In this document: piece by piece, positions 46,960 to 58,957 of the stretch
How the letters are laid out: the number at the start of each line of letters is the position of its first letter
Position numbering within the stretch: the first letter of the stretch is position 1
Assembly: GCF_964188315.1 (NCBI RefSeq)
Contig: NC_135665.1
Coordinates: 66,836,001-66,900,000 of the forward strand
Reading direction: 5' to 3'
From: Podarcis muralis
Lineage: Eukaryota
DNA: 64,000 bases
Notes under the pieces: model-generated
What the model was told of the DNA's origin: nothing
Databases searched by the model: none
What the model saw: the letters and a program-made list of their open reading frames with translations, nothing else
Translations under genes and position numbers: made by a program

Positions 46960-47720
46960 AACAATTGCCGGGCAATCCTATGGGGGGCGGAGAAGGGGAG
47001 GCATCTACTGTGTACCAAGAGCCCTTCGGGCGACCCCCGAGTCCGCCCCCCGAGTCCAGCCCCGCCCGCCTGCCCGAGGAGGCGCCCGGAAGGGGCCGGG
47101 CCAGCTGGCCGTTTGAACGCTTGGCGGGCGCCGCTGGACGGAGCAAGGTAGGGGAGCGGCGGCGCCGCAGGCAGGGGGCTTCCTCGGACCCCCTTGGCTC
47201 CGCTGAGGGACCCCCCGCCCCGCCCGGCTCTCCCGCTGCCTCGGGGGCTTCCCACCCGCAAGCCACCCGCCCGCCACGCGCGGGGACTCTTCTGCCTTAC
47301 ACGGAGCCGCCATGCGGACTCCGCTTATAGTCGGACTTGCTTCCGAGTAGACCTGAGTCGGCTGGACTCTCGGGGAGCCTCTGCTCTCGGGGTCCCCGGA
47401 AGGAGCGAAGCGGCCCCATTTCCGAAGGGCTGCGGGGGACCCCGGGGAAGCCTGCCCAGCCCGGGCAAGAGCGGGGCTCGCTGGCGTTTGCCCCCCACCT
47501 TCCTCCAAGGAGCTCCAGGTCCTGTCCTCGCCCTGCCCCCCCCACCTCCCCATTTTATCAGCGAGGTTCGTGGCTGACTTTGGAGCAAGGCCCTCCCGGT
47601 TCCACGTTGCCGCTTTCGGGGCTGCTTTGTGCCTTCCGACCGGGTGGGGGAAGCTGCTGCCCGGGCCTCGTGCAAGGCTGGTGCGCTTCCTCTGAACTCA
47701 AGGCAGGGACCCTCACACGC
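46960..47720. promoter_or_regulatory. CpG island: ARHGEF39 promoter and probable non-coding exon 1 (donor after 47147)
   Basis: Dense CpG; TTTGAA at 47112-47117; TTGGCGGG at 47121-47128; AAG|gtaggg donor. A matching acceptor at 48670-48671 lies 11 nt before the ATG. Confidence 0.75.
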
Positions 47721-48049
47721 CTGCATTTCTCCCCAGCCCATGTTCTTTCCCCTCTTATTCTGTATTATGCCATGTTCATTGGTAGCGCTTTGAAGAATAA
47801 TGGACTGTGATTCCATTCGCTGTGTGCTTGCGTCTGACCTGTGTGCCAAAGGGCTGCACACTGGCTTGTGTTGATTCTGGATAGTGCCTGGTGAAGAACC
47901 AAAGATCAGGTACTTGCCTAAGAGTCCTGCTGAACTAAGCTAAAGGCCCCTCTTGTTCTCATAGGGGCTGCCAGGGGCCTCATGAGAAGCCTGCAAGCAA
48001 GGCAGCAACTGTGCCTCTGACCATGGAGGGGCAACACAGTCATCAAGGA

Positions 48050-48240
48050 TAGTATCCACAGAAAGTCCAGCTCTCCTCCAGGAATTTGTCTAATCCTCTT
48101 TTGAATCTATTAAAGTTGCTGTCCATCACGGCCTCCTGTGAGAGCCAGTTCCATAGTGTAACTATGTGCCATGTGATGAAGTTCTTTTTGTGTGTCCTGA
48201 GGCTTCCAGCAGCCTGCTTCAATGGATGGCCCCAAATTGT
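48050..48240 (-). mobile_element. CR1 3' fragment
   Basis: Minus strand reads TLWNWLSQEAVM..NFNRFKRGLDKFLEE. Confidence 0.7.
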
Positions 48241-48682
48241 AATACGGGAGCTTTGTCCCTGACTCCTACTCTCGACCTTGTGCAGGCTTAAGGTCAGGGA
48301 AGGAGGAAGAGCTGGGGAGCAAGCTGGAAGGCTGGAGGTGGTAGAGCTCTGACAATGCCAGGTGCTGAGAATTGCAGGTGAGGGGAGTACTGCTGTTGTG
48401 CTCATGTCCTGCTTGTGGGTTTTGCAGGTTCTTCTTATGTTCTCCATCCCTTGCATTATCTTTTAACTTCTATCATGCCCCGCCCACTTTTACTTACCTT
48501 TTCTCTAAACTAGAAAGTCCCTAATGTTGCAGCATTTCCTCTTAGGAGAGAGTTCATACACAGACATCGTTCTCATATCTGAAGCTTTATTCCCAGTCCT
48601 TTTCCTAATGATCCTTAGTATGGGCTGGCTGGAGCAACTTTCTTTTCAAGGCTTCTCTTTTTCTCCCCAAGAGAAACACACA

Positions 48683-48820
48683 ATGACCAGCACCCTTGGG
48701 AGCAGCTGCCACCCGGTGGAAGAGCAGAGAGCCCGGTGGGAGAGGAAGCGCTGTCGGACGGCTAAGGAACTGGTGGAAACAGAGCAGCAGTACCTGGAGC
48801 AGCTGGGCTTGGTAGCCACG
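48683..48820 (+). CDS. ARHGEF39: ARHGEF39 coding exon 1
   Basis: MTSTLGSSCHPVEEQRARWERKR...GLVAT; donor gtgaga. Confidence 0.93.
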
Positions 48821-51800
48821 GTGAGAAGCTGGGCTGCAGGGCCCTGGACCTTTCTCTGAGCTCAGATACTGTGCAGGACTAAGGGTGCCATTCTGCTCCC
48901 AGCTCTTTCTTGAAGGAGCAAGCTGACCCGGCTTCCTGGCTCGCTTTTTTCAGTGGTGTGCTGCTTTTTCTTTGTTGCTGTTAGCAGCCAAATGGTGCAG
49001 GGAGAGAGCAGAAAGGAGAAGGCAGATTCTCACCACCCTCAAGCCCTGAGCACTGCAGCCTTCTCTTGGCGCTGGCAGGGCTCCTAAGAACATAAGCAGA
49101 GCACTGCAGCTGCAGCTGGATCAGGCCCAAGTGGGCCCACCTAGTCCAGCCCCTTCTCATAGTGACCAACCAAATGGGAAATCCGTTAGCAGGATCAGGG
49201 TGCAACAGCCATGCTCTCCCAACTTCGGAGTCCCAGCAACTGATATTGTTTAGAGACAAACTGCCCACGACAGTGGAGGTGGAATGTAGCCACTGCAGTT
49301 AGTCACCATCAATGGGGCTGGGTGATATATATTATCCAAAACCAGTTTAATGTCCATATCATGATAATGGTTTCATAATTTTTGACTTGGCGATATATTG
49401 TGAACCATAATGCAAAAATCACAATGTGGGGAAAACTGTGAAGGCAGCCAATGCCTCTACATAGTTCCATCCTTATTTCAGACATTGTGATATAGCAGTA
49501 TGAAGAAGGGTTTCCTTTTTTCTAGCTTTGAGTCTTCCAACACTCCGCTTCATTGGTTGGCCATACAATAATGTATTGAAATGGTTTTGTGGGCCTTTGT
49601 TTCTAGCAGTTGGCTCTTCAAATTCTCTTTCTTTCGTATCCCCCCCCCCCTTTGCATCCCTGATTGTCTGCTTGCATTTCTTTGGCCCAAGTTGACTTTC
49701 CTTTTTGTTGTCCTTGTTTGGACAGGCCTTCCATTTTCTGAAGGAGGCCTTTCTGCCCTCTACTGTGTTCTAACTGAACTGCTATTGCTGTGGCTTTGAA
49801 CGACCCACAAGCATTCTGGGTAAATCTGGCCACCATCATTTTCTTGTTCAACTTCCTTCTTACCAGACTCCTCGCTTTTGAATTCCAATGTAAAGGTGCC
49901 ATACTTTCTTGACAATTGCCCACTTAACGTTGGGCAGCACTCTGCCTGATGTCACTGGTTGGTTCAACAGCACATGTCACACCAAGCTATGGGCCCCACT
50001 TTAAGATGTAGTTCAGCATGGTCACCCCTCTGGTCAGTCACATCACCAACTGCTGTAGGATGCCGTCATTTACAGTATGTAGCAATGTTCCCCCTTGATT
50101 GTGACCTGAACATGCATATATCCAGTCAAGGGTTAGGTTAGTTAGAAAAGTCTTTGTATCTGGGGAGGAGTAACTGCTTTGCATGTCTCTTGTTAGTACT
50201 TTGTGGCCATCCTGAAGGCCAAAGGGACCTTGAAGCCAGCGGATCAGGAGGCTATCTTCGGGTGCCTGGAGTCCATCTGCTCTGCCAGCCGGTAAGGGAC
50301 CCTCCGCGGGAGCCTTTGTCGATGGGTGGGGTAGCATGGGTCTGTTGGGTGGTGGCAGTGGGCTCTGAGAGTTCCTCTAACTTCCTGCTCTGTATCCTGT
50401 CTGGTTCTGTAGCCCACATTTTCCAAACCTCAGTACACTGAGACACCTCCTGACTGTTTAATATGGGTGGGGGTAAATGGGAGCTGGGTTTAGGGGTTAG
50501 CTTTATGATGGAGGCGATTGCACCCTCTTAAATTTTCAGATTACATTTCAATCAGACTAAACAGACACTTGGAAGTCCTCTTTGCAAGAACCACAATGCT
50601 GCCTCTCAACCTGATATGTGTGGACTAGAGTAGGCTCTCAAATGACAGACATGGATCTGTAAAGGAAATTGGGGGAGTCAGCTGTCTCCTCAGATATTTG
50701 GGACAACCGCTGCCCCTGGCCGGATTTTGGCCTTTGGGACAACATCTTAGCTAGGCCTGTGCGATGTACCAATACATAGTTCAAATCCGGTTTGAAGCTC
50801 ACATTGCAATATTTGACCCAGCAGTTCGCTCTGAACAGCCTTCAAAATTCCAGGGGGCAATATAATTGTGAAAAATTTGAGAAGTCAGCCTCAGCACCTC
50901 CCCTTAACTGCAGTGTTGGTACTTTAAGAAACAGCACTGCCTTCTTTCTTTCTTTCTTTCTTTCTTTCCTTCCTTCCTTCCTTCCTTCCTTCCTTCCTTC
51001 CTTCCTTCCTTCCTTCCTTCCTTCTCCTGGTCACTTCTTCTGCTCCCTCCCATCCTACCCAGCCCAGGCGCCTCGATTGTGCACATTGTTGGGAAGGACA
51101 ACCTGGTGCTCTAAGAAAGAGCATGGAGATCATGCAGCAAAAAGCTTCCCTCCCGCCACAGCCCAGCCACCCCTCCTTATTTCAGACATCATGAGATACC
51201 AGTATATCAGATGGTTAGCTGCTGATATAGCCTGATGTTGAAAACCAGATATCGCCCAGCCCTAATTTTAGCACTGTGCAAAACTCACATGTGAACAATG
51301 TGCTGAAAATATTCCATATGAACCTACCCAGATCCTGAGATCATCCACTGAGTGTACCTCCTTGTGCGCCTCCTCCATGAGAGGTCCAGAGGGTGGCAAC
51401 ACAAAAACGGGTCTTTTCTGCAGTGGCTCCCCATTTGTGGAATGCTCTCCCCAGGGAGGTTCGGCTGGCACCTTCATTATACACCTTTAGGCGCCATATC
51501 TGGTTTTAAAATTTTAAAATATGATGCTGTTAAGGTGCTACATTCAATATGCCAGCAAATTTGGAAAACTCAGCAGTGGCCAGAGGATTGGAGAAGATCA
51601 GTCTACATCCCAATCCCAAAGAAGGGAAGTGCCAAAGAATGCTCCAACTACCGCACAATTGCACTCATTTCACAAGCTAGCAAGGTTATGCTTAAAATTC
51701 TACAAGGCAGGCTTAAGCAGTATGTGGACCGAGAACTCCCAGAAGTGCAAGCTGGATTTAGAAGAGGCAGAGGAACCAGAGACCAAATTGCAAACATGCG

Positions 51801-54800
51801 CTGGATTTTGGAGAAAGCTAGAGAGTTCCAGAAAGACATCTACTTCTGCTTCATTGACTATGCAAAAGCCTTTGACTGTGTCGACCACAGCAAACTATGG
51901 CAAGTTCTTAAAGAAATGGGAGTGCCTGATCACCTCATCTGTCTCCTGAGAAATCTCTATGTGGGACAAGAAGCTACAGTTAGAACTGGATATGGAACAA
52001 CTGGTTGGTTCAAAATTAGGAAAGGAGTATGGCAAGGCTGTATATTGTCTCCCTGCTTATTTAACTTATATGCAGAATTCATCATGCGAAAGGCTGGGCT
52101 GGATGAATCCCAAGCCGGAATTAAGATCGCCGGAAGAAAAATCAACAACCTCAGATATGCAGATGACACAACCTTGATGGCAGAAAGTGAGGAGGAATTA
52201 AAGAACCGTTTAATGAGGGTGAAAGAGGAGAGCGCAAAATAAGGTCTGAAGCACAACATCAAAAAAACGAAGATCATGGCCACTGGTCCCATCACCTCCT
52301 GGCAAATAGAAGGGGAAGAAATGGAGGCAGTGAGAGATTTTACTTTCTTGGGCTCCATGATCACTGCAGATGGTGACAGCAGTCACGAAATTAAAAGATG
52401 CCTGCTCTTTGGGAGAAAGGCGATGGCAAACCTAGACAGCGTCTTAAAAAGCAGAGACATCACCTTACCAACTAAGGTCCATATAGTTAAAGCCATGGTT
52501 TTCCTAGTAGTGATGTATGGAAGTGAGAGCTGGACCATCAAGAAGGCTGATCGCCAAAGAATTGATGCTTTTGAATTATGGTGCTGGAGGAGACTCTTGA
52601 GATTCCCATGGACTGCCTGAGTGCTCACTGGAAGGACAGATCCTGAAGCTGAGGCTCCAATACTTTCGCCACCTCATGAGAAGAGAAGATTCCCTGGAAA
52701 AGACCCTGATGTTGAGAAAGATGGAGGGCACAAGGAGAAGGGGAAGACAGAGGATGAGATGGTTGGATAGTGTTCTCGAAGCTACAAACATGAGTCTGAC
52801 CAAACTGCGGGAGGCAGTGGAAGACAGGAGTCCCTGGCATGCTCTGGTCCAGGGGGTCACGAAGAGTTGGGCACAACTAAACGACTAAACAACAACAAAA
52901 GGGTGCCAGGTGAAAAACGTCCCTCTTCAGCCAGGCCTTTGACTGATTGACACCTGATGCTCTTTTAAATGTGGAAACAGGGATTGTTGGTTTGGTTTTG
53001 CTCATATTTTTATTATGTATTTGTGTTTTTATGTTGTGAATTGCCCTGACACCTACAGCTGAATAGTATTCCTTCGGGCAGGAGGAAGCTTTGTCCTGTG
53101 TTGAGATATCAAACCCGACCCCCCCTTGGGGCAGAACAGAGCCCACCTCTGAATCCCTGTGAGCTCCCCTCCGAGGCAGGATATCTCCTTCAAGGCAGGA
53201 TATGCCACTAACCACAAGTGTCGTGGGTAGTCCCGCACCCACCTCTCATATAGCCCCTTATGGAAGCTGGGGAGGGGGGAGCAAGGGGGAGCGCCAGTGT
53301 GAGGCAATACGGGTAAAGTGGCATTGCCCCCCACAAACTTCCCGCTTTGCACCCAGGACTCTGCTTTTCCATCTGGAGGGAGGCCGCTTGGGGCTTGGCC
53401 TGGAGGGTTTCTGCCACCAGCTGGTTCTCTACGTCTGCTATGCTGAAAACCTGGGAAAGGCCCAGAGCACCTTGGAGGTACCTGTTTCCTCTTTCTGTCC
53501 CTGTCACACCCTTTGAGCAGGAATCTTGCAGGGAGCTGCTCTGGGCACACAGCCCCCCCCCCCGGCCTGGAGCCTTTTCCTGCCCTTTGCTGATCAAGCC
53601 GTGTCCGTGATGTTTTAGCTGTGATTCCTGCCTTGCAGGGGGCGGGGCTAGATGCCTCTCGGAGCCCCTCCCATCTCTACAATTCTGTGCTGACCTGGGG
53701 TGGGGAGTGGGTGGCAGGTCAGCTAGTGACTCCTGCTTCTCCTCTCTTGCCCTTCCAGAGGCAGGTGCGGAAGAACAAACCCTTTTCCCGCTTCAAGAAG
53801 CTCCAGGAGTCCCGGCCAGAGTTTGGGGGCCTTTGCCTGGAACAGCTGCTCCCGCTGCCCCTCCAGAGGCTCTCTCGGTAGGTGGAGGCTGTGCTCATCG
53901 CATCTGGGAGGGGCTGCTCAGCTGGCCCCACTGGGGCTCCACAGCCTGGCTGCACCCCCTCAGCCCCAAGGAGGAGGCTGCTGGAGGGCTGAGCCGGAAG
54001 GCGTGCCCCTGCCCCTCCTTCCCCACCCCACCTGACAGTGCACCCTCTCTTTGGCAGGTACAGGCACTTGCTGAAGGATTTGGTAGGAAATACCCACCCA
54101 GAAAGCTCTGACTTTAAGCAGCTGACAGGTAGGATATTAACTTTTCTGTGAGCAGCCTGGGGGACTTGCTGGAGGACGGGGGGAGGGGAATCAAGTAAAG
54201 AATATTAACTCCCTTGAGCCACAGAGGCTCCAAACTACTTCCCCTGGGTGTGGGTGGGTGCCTTGTCTCAGGTGATGTTGTGGTCCTTGCAGGCGTTCTG
54301 AAGTCTGTCTCTGAGGCATATCACCGAGTCCAGGAAATATCTCGTTGCCGTGACAATGCCAACCAGATGCGCCGGGTTCAGAAGCTGCTTAAGGGACAGA
54401 AGACCCGGATTCTGGCTCCAGGTGGGTCCTCTGCTTTGGTAACAGGAGACAAAGCGGCAGCGCAGGCAGCAAAGAAGCCACCCTTCAGCTGGGTAAACCA
54501 CCCATCTTTGCTCCTCAAACGTGGCCCTGCAGGACGCTTTGGGTTCATGCTTGTGTTGCTCTGGGATGCAGCTGACGGGCAGCTCCTGGGGCTGGACATT
54601 TCTGGCAACTGGAGCAGAGATCATTTGCTAGAGCCAGAGTGGTCTCTGGCGATTCCACCCCAAAGACTCCCACCTCCCATTTCTCGTCCTTGCTCAGCCC
54701 CCATTTCTTCTGCCTGGACCCCATCATTCCACCTCCTCCTCCTGCACTGATTCAGGCAATTCTCCCAATGCTTTGCTGCTTAGTTTAAAAGGATAGAATA

Positions 54801-57238
54801 GAATAGAATCATAGAGTTGGAATAGACCACAAGGGCCATCGAGTCCAACCCCCTGCGAAGCAGGAAACACCATCAGAGCACTCCTGACATATGGTTGTCA
54901 AGCCTCTGCTTAAAGACCTCCAAAGACGTAGACTCCACCACACTCCTTGGCAGCAAATTCCACTGTCGAAGAGCTCTTACTGTCAGGAAGTTTAGGTGGA
55001 ATCTTCTTTCTTGTAGGTTGGATCCATTGCTCCGTGATAATTCAGTGGGGAGAGCAGTGGCCTCACCTGAAATGGAATGGCCTTTGAGCTAGGCAAGAGC
55101 AACAGCATCAAGGATGCTGCTCAGCTCCTCACAAGACAAGCAGCCATGGAGCAGCCCTTAGCAACAGAGTCCCACCATCAGCACAAGGAGGGGGGCAGTG
55201 CATTGGGCATAAAGCGCAGGTTGCATTGGGTGGTCCACAGGGCGTCATGGGGGGCGCTGAAGGGCAGCATTGGAGCTGCAGGGTGGCACAGGAGTTGGTT
55301 CCTGGTACTGGCGCTGCAAGGCAACACAGCCAATGTCCGGTTGCTATACCGCTGAGGACAGAGGAGCTCCCCGTGGATTTGCAGGTTTGGGATGCTCCTC
55401 AATCCAGCATTGCTTGGGAAGCTTCAGGCAGCTGTGACTCCTGCATTTCAGGGGCTGGACTAGATGACCCTCTGGTCGCCTTCCAACGCCACAGTCCTAG
55501 GATTCCATGTTAGGGATGCTGGCAAATCCTACTCTATGGGTGACTCACATGCCAGCCTCAGAAGGCAAGATTCTTTTGGGCGTTTATTAGTTGTGACTTA
55601 CAAACCTTCGCTTTGGTTCTCTTATCATGAAAGGGCTTTCCAGGCTGGCAGTGAGGCATCTGCGGCCACATCCTGCGTGCACAGGGCTGCTCTGCCCCCT
55701 TGTTGCTCCCACCTCCAGGCTTTATCCACCCCAGTGCATAGGGGTGGGTGGGCTTGCCCCTTTCCCTTGTCCTTCCTCTCCCTGTTCTCTGTGGCTAAGG
55801 ACCTCCTGGTCAGTTTTGTCACAGATGAAAAGCTGGAGGGAAACCCAAGAGACAGGGAAAGATACTCAGGCGAAGGGTCACCAGGTCCCTGCAAGGGCCA
55901 GTCGGGAGTGAGAAGCCCTTATGCCGCCCTGGAAGGGCTGGTGTGCAAGTCAACCTGTGCTCTGGCTATTGTTGGTTTTGCCTTTGTGTCCCACCTTTTC
56001 TCCAAGGAATACAAGGCGACATACGTGGTTCTCCCTGTCCCCCTTTTATCCTCGCAACCACCCTGTGAAGTAGGGGAGCCTGGTAATCTCAGCAGATTCC
56101 TCCGGTGTGACAGTAGCAAACCTCCTCCATGCTGGGGAGAAAGAGGGCAGAGTCTCATCAAGACAGCCATGCACTGATGGCTGAAAAGGTCATGAGAGCA
56201 GCTTACAGGCCCAACAGGGTCCCGGCCTGTCAGGGAGCCTTTTGTCTGATGGGAGCTTTTGTCTCAGTGGGTCTGGGGAGGTTGCCTGACTCCAGCAGTC
56301 CCAACACCCCAATTGGCCTCTGTGGCCCCACATTTTGTCACAGGGCGCTGGTTTCTCCGGGAAGGCTGGCTATCGGTGGTGCCCCCCAAGGGGGAGGAGC
56401 TGCAGCGCCGGATGTTCTTCCTCTTCTCCGACATCTTGCTGGTGACCAAGCCCTGCCACCCGCTCCACCCCTGGAACGCACACAAGTTTGCCTGCCAGGC
56501 CGTCCTCCCTCTCAGGCAAGGCACGGTGCAGAAAGTCTTCGGTCACACGCAGAGCCAAGGGGGGCTGCTCAGTGTAAGTTCTTCCCAAACCCAGCAAATT
56601 CTGCCTTGGTGTAGGAAGTCCTTGTCCCGACCACCTCACTTGGGGGGTCCACACTTGGCCTGCTGGGTAAATCCTGTGGCAGCAGCATCAGGGCAGGTGC
56701 AAGGGGCAGAGAGGCAACAAGCTGGCTGAAGCAAGTCTGCTGTAACAACAACGGGGAGCTGCTGGGGTGTGTTTGCGTGCGCACACAGGAACAAACACCC
56801 AAAGGTCCAAGAAATGGGTGGGGATGGGGGGCTGCTGCTCTGCCACAAAGGGACAGGCAGTGCTTTTCTGGGCTTCTGGCAGGCCTCCAAGCACCCCCCG
56901 TCATGGGCTGCCTTGAGATGGAAGTCCTGGACCACCTTTACCTGGGCCATTTCTGTGGCCCAACCTCCTGCCTTAGCCCAAGAGCTTGCCATCTCCCAGC
57001 AATGCTTCCCTTCTTCCAGGTCTCCTTCCCCCACAGGACGTTGCTGCTGATGTCGTGTAATCAGGAGGACTTTCATGAATGGCACCAGACCCTGTTGACT
57101 GCTGTCAGGTAGGCTACACCCCGCCCCTCTGCTGACTGTGGAGACGTTGCTCGGCTTGTGTTTTTTGAGATCCAGAACTCACCTCCTTCCCTTTCCACTT
57201 ACAGGCAGCTGCAGATGGACTCCCCTCTTGCTGAATAG
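48683..57238 (+). CDS. ARHGEF39: Rho guanine nucleotide exchange factor 39 (DH-PH), 9 coding exons, 341 aa
   Basis: Exons 48683-48820, 50197-50291, 53357-53477, 53759-53877, 54058-54128, 54293-54421, 56344-56573, 57020-57108 and 57205-57238 (1026 nt, GT-AG, frame continuous). Motifs PVEEQRARWERKR..TAKEL.ETE..Y.EQLGLVATYF, ESRPEFGGL.L..LLPLPLQRL and RWFLR.GWL..VPP match the recalled human ARHGEF39. Confidence 0.96.
49500..50100 (-). mobile_element. Old CR1 ORF2 fragment
   Basis: Degenerate CR1-like coding remnant (..WNSKARSLVRRKL..). Boundaries are approximate. Confidence 0.5.
50197..50291 (+). CDS. ARHGEF39: ARHGEF39 coding exon 2
   Basis: YFVAILKAKGTLKPADQEAIFGCLESICSAS; donor gtaagg. Confidence 0.93.
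50941..51023. repeat. Compound (TTTC)n(TTCC)n microsatellite
   Basis: Seen directly in the sequence. Confidence 0.95.
51497..52901 (+). mobile_element. RTE-BovB LINE, 5'-truncated (about 1.4 kb), inserted in an older L2-type element
   Basis: RT frame IPIPKKGSAKECSNYRTIALIS...AGFRRGRGTRDQIAN...FIDYAKAFDCVDH...GCILSPCLFNLY...LRYADD. TAA at 52240-52242; (CAA)n tail; flanks ggcgcca / ggtgcca. Confidence 0.95.
53357..53477 (+). CDS. ARHGEF39: ARHGEF39 coding exon 3
   Basis: TLLFHLEGGRLGLGLEGFCHQL...AQSTLE. Confidence 0.92.
53759..53877 (+). CDS. ARHGEF39: ARHGEF39 coding exon 4
   Basis: RQVRKNKPFSRFKKLQESRPEFGGLCLEQLLPLPLQRLS. Confidence 0.94.
54058..54128 (+). CDS. ARHGEF39: ARHGEF39 coding exon 5
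   Basis: YRHLLKDLVGNTHPESSDFKQLT. Confidence 0.92.
54293..54421 (+). CDS. ARHGEF39: ARHGEF39 coding exon 6
   Basis: VLKSVSEAYHRVQEI...MRRVQKLLKGQKTRILAP. Confidence 0.92.
54614..55177 (+). repeat. 320-bp duplicated segment, copy B (ARHGEF39 intron 6), interrupted by CR1
   Basis: Colinear with 36260-36579 on both sides of the 54796-55035 insert. Confidence 0.9.
54796..55035 (-). mobile_element. CR1 3' end with (TTCTA)n tail
   Basis: 240-bp insert flanked by GATA duplication (54792-54795 and 55036-55039). The empty site is visible in copy A. Confidence 0.9.
56344..56573 (+). CDS. ARHGEF39: ARHGEF39 coding exon 7 (PH domain)
   Basis: RWFLREGWLSVVPP...RMFFLFSDILLVTKP...VFGH...GGLLS. Confidence 0.95.
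57020..57108 (+). CDS. ARHGEF39: ARHGEF39 coding exon 8
   Basis: VSFPHRTLLLMSCNQEDFHEWHQTLLTAV. Confidence 0.93.
57205..57238 (+). CDS. ARHGEF39: ARHGEF39 last coding exon (RQLQMDSPLAE*)
   Basis: Long pyrimidine tract plus acag acceptor; in-frame TAG. Confidence 0.8.
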
Positions 57239-58607
57239 AGGACCTGCACAGGGCCCCTTCCTGCTGGGGCCAGACAAGCCAGGACCAGGCCAGTGGGTGC
57301 CAACGGCTGTGCGGATTACATAGAAACCACTGGTTACCAAAGCCACCATTGCCCTTCTTTGGAAGCCGCGGCCCAAGGCCCAACCTGACCTAGCACTGGC
57401 CCATCCTTGCTTTTGCTTCCCCTTGACTCTACCTGGAGACCTGCAAGATGTCCAGAATTGGCCTGTTCATTGGAGCTGCTACCTGCAAGGCCACTCTGCC
57501 TATTCAGGCTGCAGAGGCACCTGAGCCTTAAGCATAGTCAGGTGGAGGAGCAAAATGTCCATCTGGCTTGAGCTGCATCAGCAGTCTCACTCCAAGATGG
57601 CTGGGAACAAAAGGTGCAAGTTTCCCTTGGCTTGAACAAGCTTTGAACTTTTAAAATCTGCATTTTACCTTCATGACTGTATAAAACATGACAATCCTTT
57701 TAGAATTCTTAACACTAGACTGCTTCTGGGGCCAAAAAACCCCGTGGGTCCGTTTGGCAAGATGAAGATGGTGAAGGCATGATGCCTCGGAGTGGTGTAT
57801 CCTGTGCAGCTGCTGCTCCCTGTTTATTCTCTACTACTAAGAAACAAAATCCCTTGAAGAATCTGATGTACACTGTGGTCTCCGCAAAGTGATTAAAGTC
57901 TGTGATGTCAGCAAGCACTGTGATGTCTTAAGCCAGGGGTGAGGAACCTGCGTCCCTCAGCAAGGCAGAAAAGGGGAGACCCCAAGAGACAAAGGTTCTT
58001 CACGCCGGCCTTAAGCAACTTTAGTAAGTTCCTGTTCTTAAGGATGCCCTCCGCTTCTCTGCCAAGGGATAGCTGTGTGGACCTGGGATTGGACACAATG
58101 CAGCCCAAGGTTTCTCAGGAGATGGGAAGCTGCCCCTCCTCTCTCTACTTGCCCAAGTAAAATGCATCTCCATAAGGCAACAGCTTCCGCAAAGAATTGG
58201 CTTGTCAAGTTTAACTGAAGTATGTTCTACTCACTCCTGACACTTATAATTGCAATTATAACCATTTTTACATTGCCATCACAAAATATATTTTGAGATT
58301 ATGGTTTTTGTGTTACCAGTGTTCAAGTTTTGTGTAGCTTTAATATACTTTCTTTGAGATTTTGGTGTATTAAAACCTATCTTTTAACCTCAGCTGGAAA
58401 TGTAGCAATGTGAGTTGTTTAAAATGTCATAGAATCATATAACTGTAGATTTGGAAGGGACCCCAAAAGTCATCTAGTCCAACCCCCTGCAATGTAGGAA
58501 TCCGAGTTACCGAGTCCCTGGCAGATGGTCACCCAATCTCTGCTTTAAAACCTCCAAGGAAGGACAGAGCCTAACTTCACGAGGGAATCTGTGCCACTGT
58601 CGAACAG

Positions 58608-58850
58608 AAGAGTTTGGATTTGGATTTGATATCCCGCCTTTCGCTCCCTTTAAGGAGTCTCAAAGCGGCTAACATTCTCCTTTCCCTTCCTCCCCCACAA
58701 CAAACACTCTGTGAGGTGAGTGGGGCTGAGAGACTTCAAAGAAGTGTGACTTGCCCAAGGTCACCCAGCAGCTGCATGTGGAGGAGCGGAGACGCGAACC
58801 CGGTTCCCCAGATTACGAGACTACCGCTCTTAACCACTACACCACACTGG
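58608..58850 (-). mobile_element. tRNA-derived SINE (MIR-like core, L2-type tail), nested in a CR1 3' fragment
   Basis: The minus strand starts ccagtgtggtgtagtggttaagagcgg (A box), then gggttcgcgtctcc (B box) and gtgaccttgggcaagtcac (core). CR1 sequence lies at about 58430-58607 and 58851-58905. Confidence 0.8.
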
Positions 58851-58951
58851 TTCTCTTACTGTCTTACTCTCTTACACAGCTCTTACTGTCAGCAAGCTCT
58901 TTCTGATGTTGGGGCAAAATAAATGAAAAAGCAAAGAGATGTACTTCTTTT

Positions 58952-58957
58952 AATAAA
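58952..58957 (+). terminator. Candidate ARHGEF39 poly(A) signal, overlapping a minus-strand ATTAAA (58949-58954)
   Basis: The element CTTTTAATAAAAG reads as a poly(A) hexamer on both strands. Other candidates exist (e.g. ATTAAA near 57893). Confidence 0.4.

Noticed and set aside
51352-52242. 296-aa ORF as a host gene
   Set aside because: It is BovB reverse transcriptase, 5'-truncated and fused to flanking L2 sequence.
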